A stretch of 52,538 nt of DNA from positions 1-52,538 of the forward strand of contig JAYGDX010000098.1 of NCBI GenBank assembly GCA_046582655.1, read 5' to 3'. Shown here one piece after another: positions 51,980-52,538 of the stretch (positions within the stretch are counted from its first letter, which is position 1; every line of letters begins with the position of its first letter). Below the pieces are notes generated by a model. The model was given only the letters and a program-made list of their open reading frames with translations. It was not told the origin of the DNA and did not search any database. The DNA is from Candidatus Poribacteria bacterium. Its GTDB lineage: Bacteria; Poribacteria; WGA-4E; UBA9662. Both the position numbers and the translations under genes were made by a program.

Positions 51980-52537
51980 CTAAGGTACATCTGCAACACA
52001 CCGAAATCCGTAGCCAAAGTTAACAACCATTGGATAGCGTCCAATGCGATACGTAACCCGTAGGACATCCGCAGTATAATACCATGCACCACCACGCAAC
52101 ACTCTCATTCTGCCTGCACTTGGTCCAGGTGGATCCTTCAAGGGCGAATTAATATAGTAAACTTCTTCATACCAATCAGCACACCACTCCATGACATTCC
52201 CTGCCATGTCATGGAGTCCATACCCATTAGGATCGAAACTTCCTACTGGCGCACAATATTGCCACTCATCTTTACCATCTATATCGGCATAGTTGGCATC
52301 CTCATGCGTAATATCATTCCCCCAAGGGTATCGCTTGCCTCTCAACCCACCACGTGCTGCATATTCCCATTCGGCTTCGGTGGGCAGACGCTTGTCAACC
52401 CACTTCGCGTATGCAGTAGCGTCGTACCAATTGACATAAGACATCGGATGGTCATTGGTTGGCGAAAATATAGCGACGTCATTCCATTGATTGTAGCTAT
52501 ATTTACTCTCTTGTACAAATTTCTTGAATTGACCAAC
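51980..52537 (-). CDS. FGE-sulfatase (formylglycine-generating-enzyme-like, CLec fold) domain protein, 5' part beyond the right edge
   Basis: Frame is open to the window edge. VNWYDA..YAKW..KRLPTEAEWEYAARGG, NGYGLHDMAGNV.EW, RGG.W and GFRCV motifs. Confidence 0.9.
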   Translation of the reverse strand, partial: VGQFKKFVQESKYSYNQWNDVAIFSPTNDHPMSYVNWYDATAYAKWVDKRLPTEAEWEYAARGGLRGKRYPWGNDITHEDANYADIDGKDEWQYCAPVGSFDPNGYGLHDMAGNVMEWCADWYEEVYYINSPLKDPPGPSAGRMRVLRGGAWYYTADVLRVTYRIGRYPMVVNFGYGFRCVADVP

Positions 52538-52538
52538 G

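Overview
Bacterial chromosomal window of roughly 40% GC (judged by eye). The gene content suggests a marine diderm heterotroph such as Candidatus Poribacteria: several PhyH-type dioxygenases, a sulfatase, an FGE-sulfatase-domain protein, a PQQ-like propeller, a divergent enolase-family enzyme and a GHL10-like protein. That assignment is inference, not verified. The left ~30 kb is accessory and catabolic: an epimerase, 2OG/PhyH oxygenases, uxuA, a decayed IS3 next to a NYN nuclease, a sulfatase/PhyH/MFS cluster, a frameshifted B12 radical SAM gene, and a sugar-catabolic operon carrying the Tm-1-like/TIM-barrel pair of unknown function. The right ~20 kb is one co-directional minus-strand run starting at a near-consensus sigma70 promoter. 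It holds six tRNAs (all four Ser, Arg-ACG, Ala-CGC), tadA, a long Alu-type SRP RNA, dnaX-ybaB-recR-mnmG-rsmG, a four-gene partner-switching module with no sigma factor, solA, a degenerate AccD-like protein, a ROK kinase, two lipoproteins, a CBM9-like pseudogene and an ~1100-aa outer-membrane protein whose signal peptide is disconnected by a 9-nt homopolymer. At least six genes are disrupted. No CRISPR array, reverse transcriptase, integrase or prophage is visible. All product calls come from motif recognition by eye; no database searches were run.
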